A stretch of DNA of 64,000 nucleotides. It comes from a virus. Below are positions 1-9,594 of this stretch, piece after piece (the first letter of the stretch is position 1; each line of letters starts with the position of its first letter). Below the pieces are notes generated by a model that did not search any database, was not told where the DNA came from, and worked only from the letters and a program-made list of their open reading frames with translations. The stretch lies in IMG/VR virus record IMGVR_UViG_3300043409_001561. One strand, written 5' to 3'. The translations under genes and the position numbers were made by a program.

Positions 1-53
1 TCCACTTTTAATTTATCTTGACTTTTCATATTATTTAACAATTTTTTCATCAT
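1..53 (-). CDS. partial ORF running off the left edge of the window (N-terminus MMKKLLNNMKSQDKL...)
   Basis: Reverse-complement reading from a start codon at about 51-53; continues beyond the window. Confidence 0.3.
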   Translation of the reverse strand, partial: MMKKLLNNMKSQDKLKV

Positions 54-537
54 TATTTTCTGATATATATTCACCCCACTCTTCCGACAACACATGAAAT
101 ATTACACCAGGTAAACATAACATTATAGGTATAATTAAAAATATGACAGAGATTATCTTTAACCCCCAAAATAATATTTTACTCATTTGTTTTAGTTTTT
201 TTACGTTTTACTTTTTTATTTGTACCATTGAATTCTTCACTTCCTTCAACGTTTGCTGGAAATATCATTCTCATTTCTTCAAAAACTCCATTACTTGCTG
301 GAATTTTGATTTCTACATAATCAGGAAAGAACATATTCATTCCGATACCTGTACACACTCTAATTGTTTTTTCTTTACCCATACTTTTTGTTTATCATTC
401 TTATTAATTCATTGTAACCTAAAAAATCCTCAAATTTTATATAATAAAGATTCACATAATTTTTGGCGGATTCAAAATGATACTCTGTCACACAACTCTG
501 TATCACCGAAATACATTTCTGTTTCGCCTCTATTTGT

Positions 538-840
538 TTAAGAAGTTCCATCTTCAATTATTTTTAATATTGTTATTATCTTATCACACATTTCATATTC
601 TTCTATAGATTCGTAATAAGATAGACATTTATTTAAACTATTCGTCCAATCACTCTTTTTTAGTTCAGTTGTTAACATAGTATTCTCTAAAGGGTTAATT
701 ACTCTAAAAATAATTAAAGACTCTAAATTCTCCTCTATTGATTTTTTAACACCCTCTACAATTAATGAACATATTAACCATTTATTATCTTGAAGAAAAA
801 TTTTTTGATCGTCCCCATTACTAACATAAAAATCTTTCAT
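538..840 (-). CDS. hypothetical protein
   Basis: ORF track; co-directional packing with neighbours. Confidence 0.35.
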   Translation of the reverse strand: MKDFYVSNGDDQKIFLQDNKWLICSLIVEGVKKSIEENLESLIIFRVINPLENTMLTTELKKSDWTNSLNKCLSYYESIEEYEMCDKIITILKIIEDGTS

Positions 841-1109
841 AATGCCAAAACTAATTTTTTATACCCCTCATATAATTTTGTCACATATAAGTTTGAAATT
901 GTTATACAGTAAGATTGGTGTATCCCTAAATTAGAAAGATCACGAGTTATTAATCTGATTAATACATTTCTATTAAACTGTGTAGTAATGTCAAATGTTT
1001 CTTCTGTCAAAGACATTTTTATTTTTGAAGGTAATCCATTATTGTCAAACAAAGGGATAAAATTATTATCCAAAAATTTATCCATATTTTTAAGATTAAG
1101 AACATCCAT
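837..1109 (-). CDS. hypothetical protein
   Basis: ORF track; 4-nt overlap with the downstream gene (operon-like packing). Confidence 0.35.
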   Translation of the reverse strand: MDVLNLKNMDKFLDNNFIPLFDNNGLPSKIKMSLTEETFDITTQFNRNVLIRLITRDLSNLGIHQSYCITISNLYVTKLYEGYKKLVLAL

Positions 1110-1144
1110 ATCAAAAGGTTTTAGACAAATATAAAAATAATTTC

Positions 1145-1564
1145 CTAATTATCCAAATTTATTTCATTAATTAATTTATGTAATTTATGATCATTCAGTC
1201 CCAACCTTTCTTTACACTCTAAAAGTTCCGAACTATTCATTTCATAATTCTGATAATAACTTTCATATGATACTAGTAGATTATTCATTAACTCCACAAA
1301 ATCATAAAATACAGTTCTATCTCTAGTATTATTTAATATAATTAATGGACCTTCTTTATCTCCTCTATGTACTTTTTCTAATAATAAGTGGGAACTACTC
1401 TTTATAATACTAACTTTTAATTGATCAAAAATGTGATCAATATTGACTCTTTGATCCTTAATGTCATTTATTTTTTTACGTAAAGTAGTCAAGTATTCCT
1501 CATCTAAAGTATGTTCTTTACCTAAATGTTTTTTTAAGGCATTAATTAGATATTCATTTTCCAT
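1145..1564 (-). CDS. hypothetical protein
   Basis: ORF track; 139 aa. Confidence 0.4.
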   Translation of the reverse strand: MENEYLINALKKHLGKEHTLDEEYLTTLRKKINDIKDQRVNIDHIFDQLKVSIIKSSSHLLLEKVHRGDKEGPLIILNNTRDRTVFYDFVELMNNLLVSYESYYQNYEMNSSELLECKERLGLNDHKLHKLINEINLDN

Positions 1565-1615
1565 AAGTAAGTATAAAAAATTTATTTAATAAAATCAACA
1601 TATATTTTTTTTATA

Positions 1616-2176
1616 TTGTTTTTTTTATTAACTTCGAATAAAAAATTTATGAATATTTTTGTTTTAGATTACGACACAAAAAAATGTGCACAAATGCATT
1701 GTGATAAACATGTTGTTAAAATGATTTTAGAGACTGCACAGTTACTCTGCGGTGCACACCATATGACTAACAGTGTAAGTGACATAGAAGTACCGTATAA
1801 GTTATCACATAGGAATCACCCATGTTCTATTTGGGTAAGAGGTTGTGTTGAGAATTATGTATGGTTATGTGATTTAGGTATCGAACTATGTAAAGAATAT
1901 ACATATAGATATGGTAAGCGACATAAATCACAGGATGTGATCGAGTGGTGTATGTTAAATATCCCTAATATTAAAGAGATTGGTGATATCACACCTTTTC
2001 CATTGGCAATGAATGACGAATGTAAAATAAATGGTGAGGTAGTAGAATCTTACAGAAAATACTATATTATGTATAAGAAAGATTTTGCTAAATGGACTGG
2101 TAGAGAAATTCCTTTATGGTTTACCCCTTCAGATGATTCATCAAAACACCACCAAGAGAAGATACTTGTATCATAA
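1616..2176 (+). CDS. hypothetical protein with a conserved Cys/His cluster (CAQMHCDKH...HPCSIW)
   Basis: ORF track. The true start is probably the internal Met at about 1649 (MNIFVLDYD). Confidence 0.4.
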   Translation: MFFLLTSNKKFMNIFVLDYDTKKCAQMHCDKHVVKMILETAQLLCGAHHMTNSVSDIEVPYKLSHRNHPCSIWVRGCVENYVWLCDLGIELCKEYTYRYGKRHKSQDVIEWCMLNIPNIKEIGDITPFPLAMNDECKINGEVVESYRKYYIMYKKDFAKWTGREIPLWFTPSDDSSKHHQEKILVS

Positions 2177-2753
2177 TGTTATTGATGACATCATTGTCTA
2201 ACGTAGTAATTTTTTTGGTGTAATCAATTCCTAACACACCAATAAACCTATCGTCAATTGTTTTTATTGCAAATAAATAACCAGATTTACATCCGTTAGT
2301 TTCTGCAATATCTTTTAAACCGAAAGTGGCAACTGTTACATCTTTAAAATTAGGAATCTCTATTGTTTCATTACTTACTAACCTATTTAATGCCCTAGAA
2401 AATATATTTACAGGTACATTCTGTAAACTGTGTTGTATTGAATTAACATTTAATGATACACTTTCATATATAATAGAGAATTTAGCAATAGATTTACCAG
2501 TTGGGTAAAAATGTCCTCCATTGTGGAATTGGGTTACCCATACCCTATCTGCTTTAACACCTTCTCTTATTTCATCTATTTTATGTGTAACTTGCTCACC
2601 TAATAAAAGTGTTTCTGTGATTGGATCTTTTTTATCTTTTCTTTTATCTAACCAGTTTTTAATTAACAAAAGAGTAATAGGACTTATCACCCCAGTTATA
2701 AATGCAATAGTAACTTCAACCATCATAAATTGTTTATTTAATAAATATAACAT
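2121..2753 (-). CDS. hypothetical protein with an N-terminal transmembrane helix
   Basis: ORF track. Hydrophobic N-terminus (VEVTIAFITGVISPITLLLI). Overlaps the 3' end of 1616..2176 by 56 nt. Confidence 0.4.
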   Translation of the reverse strand: MLYLLNKQFMMVEVTIAFITGVISPITLLLIKNWLDKRKDKKDPITETLLLGEQVTHKIDEIREGVKADRVWVTQFHNGGHFYPTGKSIAKFSIIYESVSLNVNSIQHSLQNVPVNIFSRALNRLVSNETIEIPNFKDVTVATFGLKDIAETNGCKSGYLFAIKTIDDRFIGVLGIDYTKKITTLDNDVINNIMIQVSSLGGVLMNHLKG

Positions 2754-2778
2754 CTAAGTAAAAAGTATTAGATAAAGG

Positions 2779-2806
2779 CAAAAAAAATGGGGGACTAAAC
2801 CCCCAT
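2779..2806 (-). terminator. rho-independent terminator (GGGGGTTTAGTCCCCC followed by a T-run on the minus strand)
   Basis: Perfect 7-bp GC stem with a T8 run; lies downstream of the minus gene 2826..3620. Confidence 0.55.
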
Positions 2807-2825
2807 TCATACCGAACCTATTGAT

Positions 2826-3620
2826 TTACAACAAACTCTCAGAAAGACTCCACAACATTTTGTTTACATCTAAATTTTGTTCGATTGATCTAATTGAGCG
2901 ACTTCTAGATCTTCTAACTTTACCGTTGTCTCTTGGTGTAACGATTAATGTACCACCCTGTAACATATTTTCTTGTACTCTATTGAAAACACTCCACAAA
3001 TCGTTACCAGAATCTTCATCTCTTCTGATGTGTAACATCTGATTCAAATCAATTAATTTATCTGAACCCCATCTTTCATCTGCAACCATTTTGGCGAAAT
3101 CATATTGTTGAGTCATCGATAAATCTTTGGACATCATATCCTGAACTCTACCAACAACCAATGGAATTTTCTCTGTTGTCATATTAATAACTTTAAGAAT
3201 ATCCTCTTTTTGAAACCCTTTGTGCATCACTCTGAACTCATCAAAAGTTTTATCTGCGATAACCAAACCATTAGAACAAACTAATCTGAATAGTCCCACA
3301 TGAAACTTAAATGAAGATGAACCATCGTGTGAATTGGTTAATAAAATTTCTGGATGGGTATCACCAATCTCTCTAGATAAATTAATGTTGTTTTCATTAC
3401 GAAAACGTAACATATGTTTTTTAAATGGGCTTTTAGCTTCGTACCCCTTTCTAGTTGATGATTGCATCGCCTTTGTAGGTAACCAACCTTGCTCACTTAA
3501 AATTTCGATCACTTCCGTAGTTGGGATGAATCGATAAACATTCGACAAATGGTTTGATGGGGCTTGTGTAAGAGCCGATGGACAAACTGAACCAATTTGA
3601 TTTAAATTTAAATATTCCAT
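2826..3620 (-). CDS. DUF932-like phage/plasmid protein (TIGR03299-like)
   Basis: The LLTNSHDGSSSF motif and overall length are typical of the DUF932 family (recalled from memory; no search was run). Confidence 0.5.
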   Translation of the reverse strand: MEYLNLNQIGSVCPSALTQAPSNHLSNVYRFIPTTEVIEILSEQGWLPTKAMQSSTRKGYEAKSPFKKHMLRFRNENNINLSREIGDTHPEILLTNSHDGSSSFKFHVGLFRLVCSNGLVIADKTFDEFRVMHKGFQKEDILKVINMTTEKIPLVVGRVQDMMSKDLSMTQQYDFAKMVADERWGSDKLIDLNQMLHIRRDEDSGNDLWSVFNRVQENMLQGGTLIVTPRDNGKVRRSRSRSIRSIEQNLDVNKMLWSLSESLL

Positions 3621-3661
3621 AGTTTTTATTTTTTATTTGTTATAAAGTTAAGTATAATTTA

Positions 3662-4048
3662 TTAAACTGCCAAAATTTCTTTTAATTTATTTACACGATT
3701 AGTGTAAGTTTTTTGATAAAACTTATCAAACGACTCTTTAATATAGACAAAACTAACAGGTCCACCCATATATTTATACGCAGTCCCCCAATTCATTCCG
3801 TCATCTACCATATCAATCACACCTATAGAAACAGAATTTATACTAGTGTTACCAATAATAACATTGATACCAGTTTCAGGTGAATACAAACCTCTTTTAC
3901 AATCTTCACCTTTAGGACTTTCTACAAACCCTCTTTTTCGAAATTCTGACATTACATAATCGAACATATCTGTACCCATTTCCTTTTTAAGGGAATTAAG
4001 TTCACTTTTCAGTTCTTTGATTTTAGTTACTTTCTCTAATACTTTCAT
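3662..4048 (-). CDS. hypothetical protein
   Basis: ORF track. Confidence 0.4.
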   Translation of the reverse strand: MKVLEKVTKIKELKSELNSLKKEMGTDMFDYVMSEFRKRGFVESPKGEDCKRGLYSPETGINVIIGNTSINSVSIGVIDMVDDGMNWGTAYKYMGGPVSFVYIKESFDKFYQKTYTNRVNKLKEILAV

Positions 4049-4129
4049 AGTTATTATTTTTTAGTTATTGTAAATTTAAGTCTTTTTTTTCAAACTACCA
4101 AACATTTTAATCTTTTTTTTCAATATTTA

Positions 4130-5965
4130 TTGTATATTATTATTTATATGAGAAAATTAAACAGAGCAGAAATAAGATTTCTTAAATATTTAGATGAACA
4201 TTTAGACGATGTGTTTGATAAAACGTCAGCACTTAAAGTGTTAAGAGATGATTTAGGTTTAGATTCTAAAGAGGCGACACACTTATATAGTGTTTGGTAC
4301 TTCACCAAAGGAGATACAGATTATAGTGAGGTAGAATACGATGATGATAATAGTTTGGTATCCTTTATAAGGAAAATGAGTTCATTTAATAGTAATTCTG
4401 ATAGAGAATCGTATATGGATATGATATATGAAGATGAACGTGAGAAATTAGAGAGAATTTATGGTGAATGGATTAATATTCGTTGTGGTGAATGGAGAAG
4501 TACTGTACCATGTATTGTATGGCATAGTGATCATATCACATTAGAATTAGATTATGATGATTGGAAAGAACATTTTTCGGGATTACATGAACAAAGTTTC
4601 TATATCTATGATAAAGCGTATAGTGATTACGGTAGTGATTCTGACGAAATGAGTGAAGATGAGTTTGACTACGCATATAGTAATGATGAAACTATAGAAC
4701 TTTTTGGAGAATTAGCGTTAATCGTAGGTAAAAATACTTGGCCAGGTAAAGATAATGGGGGGATAACGGAAAAAGATATATCTAATTTTTTAGAAAGTAC
4801 TTTACCATCAGATGTATATGAATCGATAGTTAGTGATTATTTAACTGAACTAGGATATGTAGTTACAAATGCTAGAAATAAATCAACAAGAGAAACTTAC
4901 TCGAATGAAATAAAATATGACGTTAACAAATCCAGTTGTAGTACAAGTAATAATTGTATCGAAATACCATATGATGATTTAATCGAAATAATTAATGAAA
5001 ATGGTTTAGTAAATTTATCTGAATTAATGGACGCTGAAATACAACCAGACGTTGATTTAGAAAATGGTTATTACGATTCTTGGGTAGATGATGATGGTGT
5101 TGATGAAGTAATAACAGAATTTAACAGAACATTAAGAAGATCTATAGATTCAATTATAGAAGATGGTGGAATAGATATTAATGAATTAATAGAAAAAAGA
5201 GAGGGTTTTTATAAAATTATTAAAGATTTAGGTTTTGTTTTAGTATCACCAACAACAAATAAGGGTGATTGGTATAAAAGTAAGGATGATAAAATACATT
5301 TTTATATGAACGATGTAGATTTTGGGGAAGATAAGATTAAATTTACATATGAAGGTAAATCACATTTAGTTCCGATAGAAGATTTAAGTGATTGGTCACA
5401 AGGTAGTGTATTAGATTTAAATGAAAGTGTTAAATACAATAAGATTAAGTTACTGAAAGAGAATAAAGATGTAATAAATAAAATATCGATATTCGATTTT
5501 GATGGTACACTTATGGAGACACCTCATCCAGAGAAGGGTAAGTTATTTTGGGAAGAAACTACAGGTATGAAATATCCTCATATTGGGTGGTGGAGTAAAC
5601 CTGAATCTTTAGATACTAAAGTATTTAACATTAGGACTATAACCCCAACTGTTAAAGCGTATAAGAAAGAAATGGGGGATCCTAATACATTAGTCATTAT
5701 GTTAACAGGTAGGTTACCACAACAACACGATCAAGTGGAAGGTTTATTGTCCTCAAACGGTATTTACTTTGACGAGTACCATTATAAAGGTAACGGTGAT
5801 ACTTTAGGTAGTAAATTAAATACTATTAGAACATTATTAAGTAAATACCCAACAGTTGAGTCCATTGAGATGTGGGAGGATAGAGAACCTCACGCAATTG
5901 AGTTTGAGAAATGGGGTGAAGAAAATGGTGTAACTATAAAAGTTAATTTAGTTTTAAAGAAGTAA
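4130..5965 (+). CDS. large acidic protein with a C-terminal HAD-superfamily phosphatase domain (polynucleotide 3'-phosphatase-like)
   Basis: C-terminal FDFDGTL (DxDGT, HAD motif I) followed by a region of HAD-like length. The N-terminal roughly 430 aa is D/E-rich. Confidence 0.5.
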   Translation: MYIIIYMRKLNRAEIRFLKYLDEHLDDVFDKTSALKVLRDDLGLDSKEATHLYSVWYFTKGDTDYSEVEYDDDNSLVSFIRKMSSFNSNSDRESYMDMIYEDEREKLERIYGEWINIRCGEWRSTVPCIVWHSDHITLELDYDDWKEHFSGLHEQSFYIYDKAYSDYGSDSDEMSEDEFDYAYSNDETIELFGELALIVGKNTWPGKDNGGITEKDISNFLESTLPSDVYESIVSDYLTELGYVVTNARNKSTRETYSNEIKYDVNKSSCSTSNNCIEIPYDDLIEIINENGLVNLSELMDAEIQPDVDLENGYYDSWVDDDGVDEVITEFNRTLRRSIDSIIEDGGIDINELIEKREGFYKIIKDLGFVLVSPTTNKGDWYKSKDDKIHFYMNDVDFGEDKIKFTYEGKSHLVPIEDLSDWSQGSVLDLNESVKYNKIKLLKENKDVINKISIFDFDGTLMETPHPEKGKLFWEETTGMKYPHIGWWSKPESLDTKVFNIRTITPTVKAYKKEMGDPNTLVIMLTGRLPQQHDQVEGLLSSNGIYFDEYHYKGNGDTLGSKLNTIRTLLSKYPTVESIEMWEDREPHAIEFEKWGEENGVTIKVNLVLKK

Positions 5966-5968
5966 AAA

Positions 5969-6289
5969 TTATTTATCCTTTTTAGGTGAAGGTAAATATT
6001 TTAAATCTGTATAACTCATATAGATATATTCTGTTACCATATCTACATTACTGTAATATATATTCCATTTATCATACCCGAAATAGTCAGGTATAAATTC
6101 CTCATCGTCCACATATTCTAAAAAGTCTTGACCATCAGTTACATAGTGTTCATAACACCAGTTATAGTAATCACTGTCAACTAACTCCCTATAATAATCA
6201 TCACCATCTCCCTCTACTTTAAAAACTAATGTAAGAATATTATCCAAATCACAGATAATATCATAAACCTCTTGTATTGTGTAATTCAT
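5969..6289 (-). CDS. hypothetical acidic protein
   Basis: ORF track. Confidence 0.4.
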   Translation of the reverse strand: MNYTIQEVYDIICDLDNILTLVFKVEGDGDDYYRELVDSDYYNWCYEHYVTDGQDFLEYVDDEEFIPDYFGYDKWNIYYSNVDMVTEYIYMSYTDLKYLPSPKKDK

Positions 6290-6312
6290 AATATATTTTG
6301 AAAATAAATATA

Positions 6313-6660
6313 TTAAAATATAACAATACGTAATTTTAGTTTAAATTTTTTACATAAATCTATCATATGTTTTGTACCCTTACTCTTCCCATCCCAAAAA
6401 ATAATTGCACCATCAGCCACTTTAGCCATCTCTTCATTTCTCATATATCCCGCCCTTTTACCGTATAAATCCCACATTGCGGGGTATTCTTCTAATTTAT
6501 GATGGTTCTGGTGGGCATAATCTTCACCTAATGAATCTGCACCTTTAGCTTTTCCAGATATGATAGAAATTTCTTTCTGATTTTTTAAAAAGTAATCTAG
6601 TTTTTGTTTTAATAGTTCGTAGTCATTAAATGTCCTACTACCTGCAACTATGACTTTCAT
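6313..6660 (-). CDS. SLOG-fold / DUF2493-like nucleotide-binding protein
   Basis: MKVIVAGSR...GADSLGE...FWDGKSKGT pattern, typical of the YspA/DUF2493 phage-associated SLOG family (memory-based). Confidence 0.4.
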   Translation of the reverse strand: MKVIVAGSRTFNDYELLKQKLDYFLKNQKEISIISGKAKGADSLGEDYAHQNHHKLEEYPAMWDLYGKRAGYMRNEEMAKVADGAIIFWDGKSKGTKHMIDLCKKFKLKLRIVIF

Positions 6661-6881
6661 TGATTGTTTCTACTTTCTAATTCGATTAATTTATCTAAGT
6701 ATTGTTTCGCCTTTTTAAGATCCTCAATACCATTCTTGTGTCTCCATCTAGTAACATATTTAACAACATTACCTTCAAAAAAATCTAAATTATGTGAATG
6801 CGAATAGTCCCACATTTCTATTCCTTTATTGTAGTGGGATGGGTGTACAACTCTTTCGTTCGGGTTAATAGATTTATCCAT
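6657..6881 (-). CDS. DUF3310-like phage protein
   Basis: HPSHY...GIE...GNVVKYVTRWRHKNGIEDLKKAKQYL matches the DUF3310 signature known to me. 4-nt overlap with 6313..6660. Confidence 0.5.
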   Translation of the reverse strand: MDKSINPNERVVHPSHYNKGIEMWDYSHSHNLDFFEGNVVKYVTRWRHKNGIEDLKKAKQYLDKLIELESRNNQ

Positions 6882-6931
6882 ATTTTTTAGTTTTAAGTAT
6901 ATGGATTTTTTATTTAAATGTCAATATACTT

Positions 6932-8059
6932 TTATAATATATGGTGGAAATTATCTACTACAAAATAACTTTGGTTGTCTATATCGACTGTCATTAAGTG
7001 CTCAGTATTTAACGCATTGCTAATCATCTCTTTTATCATACCCATCTCATCAAATTGTATGAGTCCGTCATCTATTGCTTCACTTATTGTCATTTCCGAT
7101 TCATTAACATAATCAATTGGGTTTTCTTTATACTCATCCTCTAATTCATCAAATCTATAATGAAGATACATATTTTTTATGTCCTCATCAGAAATTTCAC
7201 TATCTCTAAGATCGTCAATATCAGATTCTAAATCAGAAATGTATTGTGATATGTTATGATAATCTAGATTTAGTTCACTTAATTTAGTTTCTATTTTATT
7301 TAAATACTTTTCGAATCTATTATAATCTTCATCATCACCTTCTATCTCTTGTTTAATAACCGCCCTTTCAGATTCTAAAGATTCTATTTTTTTAAGTAGT
7401 GAATTCATTTTTTTTTCTTCTAATTTTAATTCACCTTCTAAATCTAATATCATTTCTCTATTGTTTTCGATTTCTTCTAATGTATTACCATCATCTATAT
7501 ATTCTAATAAATTATCAATCGATTTATACCCTATCTCTTCTTGAATCTTCTCATTGATGTTATAGTTTAAAGATTCTTCATCTAAAACAATATATTTTTC
7601 TATCAGTGGTCTTCTATACCCACTAAATTCGTTCTCATACATTTTTTCTCTAATACTACGAACTAGGTCATCATATGTACCAACTTCATATATCCCACCA
7701 TTCTCAATAAATTTATAAATTTTTAAATCATAAACATCACCTCTAAAAATAAAAAATTCTGGTACAACTCCCCATAATTTTGATATCGCTCTAACTTGTC
7801 TACTATATCTATCTTCAGAAGTTAATTCCCATTCTATCAATTCATCATATGTTTCATCATCCTCTATGATATTATTTTTATATAACTTAATAACTCTACC
7901 TATTAAATCTCTATCATCTATATGTAAATCATTAACCAAAACTTTATATATACTTTCAGGATTTCTAGATACAAGATTACTATGTAAATAATTAAGTAAT
8001 TTTAATTCAACCTTATTAACGTAATCAACATTTTCCGATATTAATTTTATTAATTTCAT
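6932..8059 (-). CDS. acidic coiled-coil protein, member of the N-terminal (L/I)xE-tag family
   Basis: Starts MKLIKLISEN; highly D/E-rich. Confidence 0.45.
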   Translation of the reverse strand: MKLIKLISENVDYVNKVELKLLNYLHSNLVSRNPESIYKVLVNDLHIDDRDLIGRVIKLYKNNIIEDDETYDELIEWELTSEDRYSRQVRAISKLWGVVPEFFIFRGDVYDLKIYKFIENGGIYEVGTYDDLVRSIREKMYENEFSGYRRPLIEKYIVLDEESLNYNINEKIQEEIGYKSIDNLLEYIDDGNTLEEIENNREMILDLEGELKLEEKKMNSLLKKIESLESERAVIKQEIEGDDEDYNRFEKYLNKIETKLSELNLDYHNISQYISDLESDIDDLRDSEISDEDIKNMYLHYRFDELEDEYKENPIDYVNESEMTISEAIDDGLIQFDEMGMIKEMISNALNTEHLMTVDIDNQSYFVVDNFHHIL

Positions 8060-8928
8060 TCTATATATTTTTCTATATCATTTAAAGTTATTTCATTACC
8101 GTTGATTACGTCAATAATTTCATTTACTTTATTATTAAACTCCTCTTCGTAATCTACTTGAATAGTTTCCACATACTCCTTATCAAGAGTCATATAAATG
8201 TTTTTACTATTCCTTTCAAAAAAATCATCAACGTCACTATTTACCCATTCTAATACATCCGTAGCAATAACCATATAACTAATCTCTTCCATCTGGTAAT
8301 AATGATCTCTAGTGTGTTGTTCGCCAGCACCATCACAATAATCACAAGATACTTTACCACTACCATCGCACTCACCACAAGTTTCATTTCCTGCACCTCT
8401 ACATTCACTACATTCTATTTCTTGTTCTTCACCTTCCTCATCTGTTTCTATTTCAGAACCAGAACCACCACAATAACCACATTCTAAATTACCTTCACCA
8501 TCACACTCACCACATGATACATCTCCATCACCATCACAGTCTCCACATCGGTATGACTCTTCGCGATAATCCTCTTCTATATTTGGACTAGTACAAGAAA
8601 TGAATGTTAATCGGAACCCTTCCCCTGTTGAAATTCTATCAGTTAAAAAGTTGTTAACATCTATATTGATAAGATATAAAAATACAAGGTTTTTGGTGTC
8701 TTTATTTTCTAAAGATAACTCATGTTTAAAAAAATTTACTAATCTTTTATATTGGTTACTGTAAATGATTGATGTGTCTGAAAAACAATCGTCACAATAT
8801 ACTTTTTGCCAAAAAAAATCTTTTAAATCTGGTTCCGAATTAGATAACATGTTTAAACATTTTCGATAAAAAATATTATCTAAATTAGATTGGTATGAAC
8901 TTTCGTTAATTATATTAATAAACTTCAT
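8056..8928 (-). CDS. acidic protein with six CxxCxGxG zinc-finger repeats (DnaJ cysteine-rich-domain-like)
   Basis: The repeats CGDCDGDG, CGECDGEG, CGYCGGSG, CSECRGAG, CGECDGSG and CDYCDGAG are visible in the translation. Confidence 0.5.
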   Translation of the reverse strand: MKFINIINESSYQSNLDNIFYRKCLNMLSNSEPDLKDFFWQKVYCDDCFSDTSIIYSNQYKRLVNFFKHELSLENKDTKNLVFLYLINIDVNNFLTDRISTGEGFRLTFISCTSPNIEEDYREESYRCGDCDGDGDVSCGECDGEGNLECGYCGGSGSEIETDEEGEEQEIECSECRGAGNETCGECDGSGKVSCDYCDGAGEQHTRDHYYQMEEISYMVIATDVLEWVNSDVDDFFERNSKNIYMTLDKEYVETIQVDYEEEFNNKVNEIIDVINGNEITLNDIEKYIE

Positions 8929-9255
8929 TTATAACTTTTTTACTTTTACTGTTAAATCCCCACTCCCTTTAATTACTCTATGATATACACCTTTAGGTAT
9001 TAATGTTCTTTCAGTTAATGGTTTAGGTAGTTCGTTATCAATCTGGATCATCCAATCGGTATCTCCCACACTCTCTACAATTCTATCTTCCTTGTCTCTG
9101 TGCCACACTAATTCACTACTACCCACACTTTCAGAAAATTTTCTAACGTGATAACCATCTACAATATTTTCACCAAAAGGGAAATCCATCTTATCTCTTT
9201 TTACGACCTTGACAATGTGCCCTTTGTGAAAACCCTTTTGGGTTATTACAGTCAA
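8929..9255 (-). CDS. hypothetical protein (probable start at the internal Met, about 9189)
   Basis: ORF track. The 65-nt overlap with the upstream gene disappears if the start is MDFPFGEN. Confidence 0.35.
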   Translation of the reverse strand: MTVITQKGFHKGHIVKVVKRDKMDFPFGENIVDGYHVRKFSESVGSSELVWHRDKEDRIVESVGDTDWMIQIDNELPKPLTERTLIPKGVYHRVIKGSGDLTVKVKKL

Positions 9256-9577
9256 TAGACTTTTTATATTTTTGTGACCACTTTTCTTCTAACATATCTG
9301 AAGACTTTTTTTCACCTTCTAATTTATTCATAAAGAAATCAAATACTTGATCAATATTAACCTTTGCTTCAGTTATATGATCATCTGCCCAATCATGCCC
9401 ATTGTTTAAAATGTCATTTACTGTATTAGGATCAAATTCTTTAATCATAATATCTAATTGCCTTCTCATTTGAGTTAGGTTACTGAAAAACATATAGTTT
9501 TCACCTTTAGATTCTTCATTTAAAGTTTCTCTTACTATTCTATAAAGGTCCTTTTCTGTTAATGTTACTTTTTTCAT
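9191..9577 (-). CDS. hypothetical protein, member of the N-terminal tag family
   Basis: Starts MKKVTLTEKDLYRIVRE. Confidence 0.4.
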   Translation of the reverse strand: MKKVTLTEKDLYRIVRETLNEESKGENYMFFSNLTQMRRQLDIMIKEFDPNTVNDILNNGHDWADDHITEAKVNIDQVFDFFMNKLEGEKKSSDMLEEKWSQKYKKSIDCNNPKGFSQRAHCQGRKKR

Positions 9578-9594
9578 ATTTTATTTTTTTTTAT

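Noticed and set aside
143-541. Plus-strand ORFs antisense to the dense minus-strand genes. Examples are 143..541, 2326..2508, 2521..2757, 2821..3042, 3334..3537, 8302..8487, 10301..10498, 10790..11251, 12076..12309, 14196..14435, 22174..22434, 27193..27432, 31524..32051, 32874..33419, 38830..39186, 41050..41364 and 61170..61403.
   Set aside because: Each is fully embedded in a longer, better-supported gene on the other strand. Their low-complexity hydrophobic translations are typical of antisense frames in AT-rich DNA.
8929-9577. A 65-nt overlap between 8929..9255 and 9191..9577 as a possible programmed frameshift.
   Set aside because: An in-frame internal Met (MDFPFGEN, about 9189) gives a start that abuts the upstream stop with no overlap. 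Mis-assigned start is the simpler explanation.
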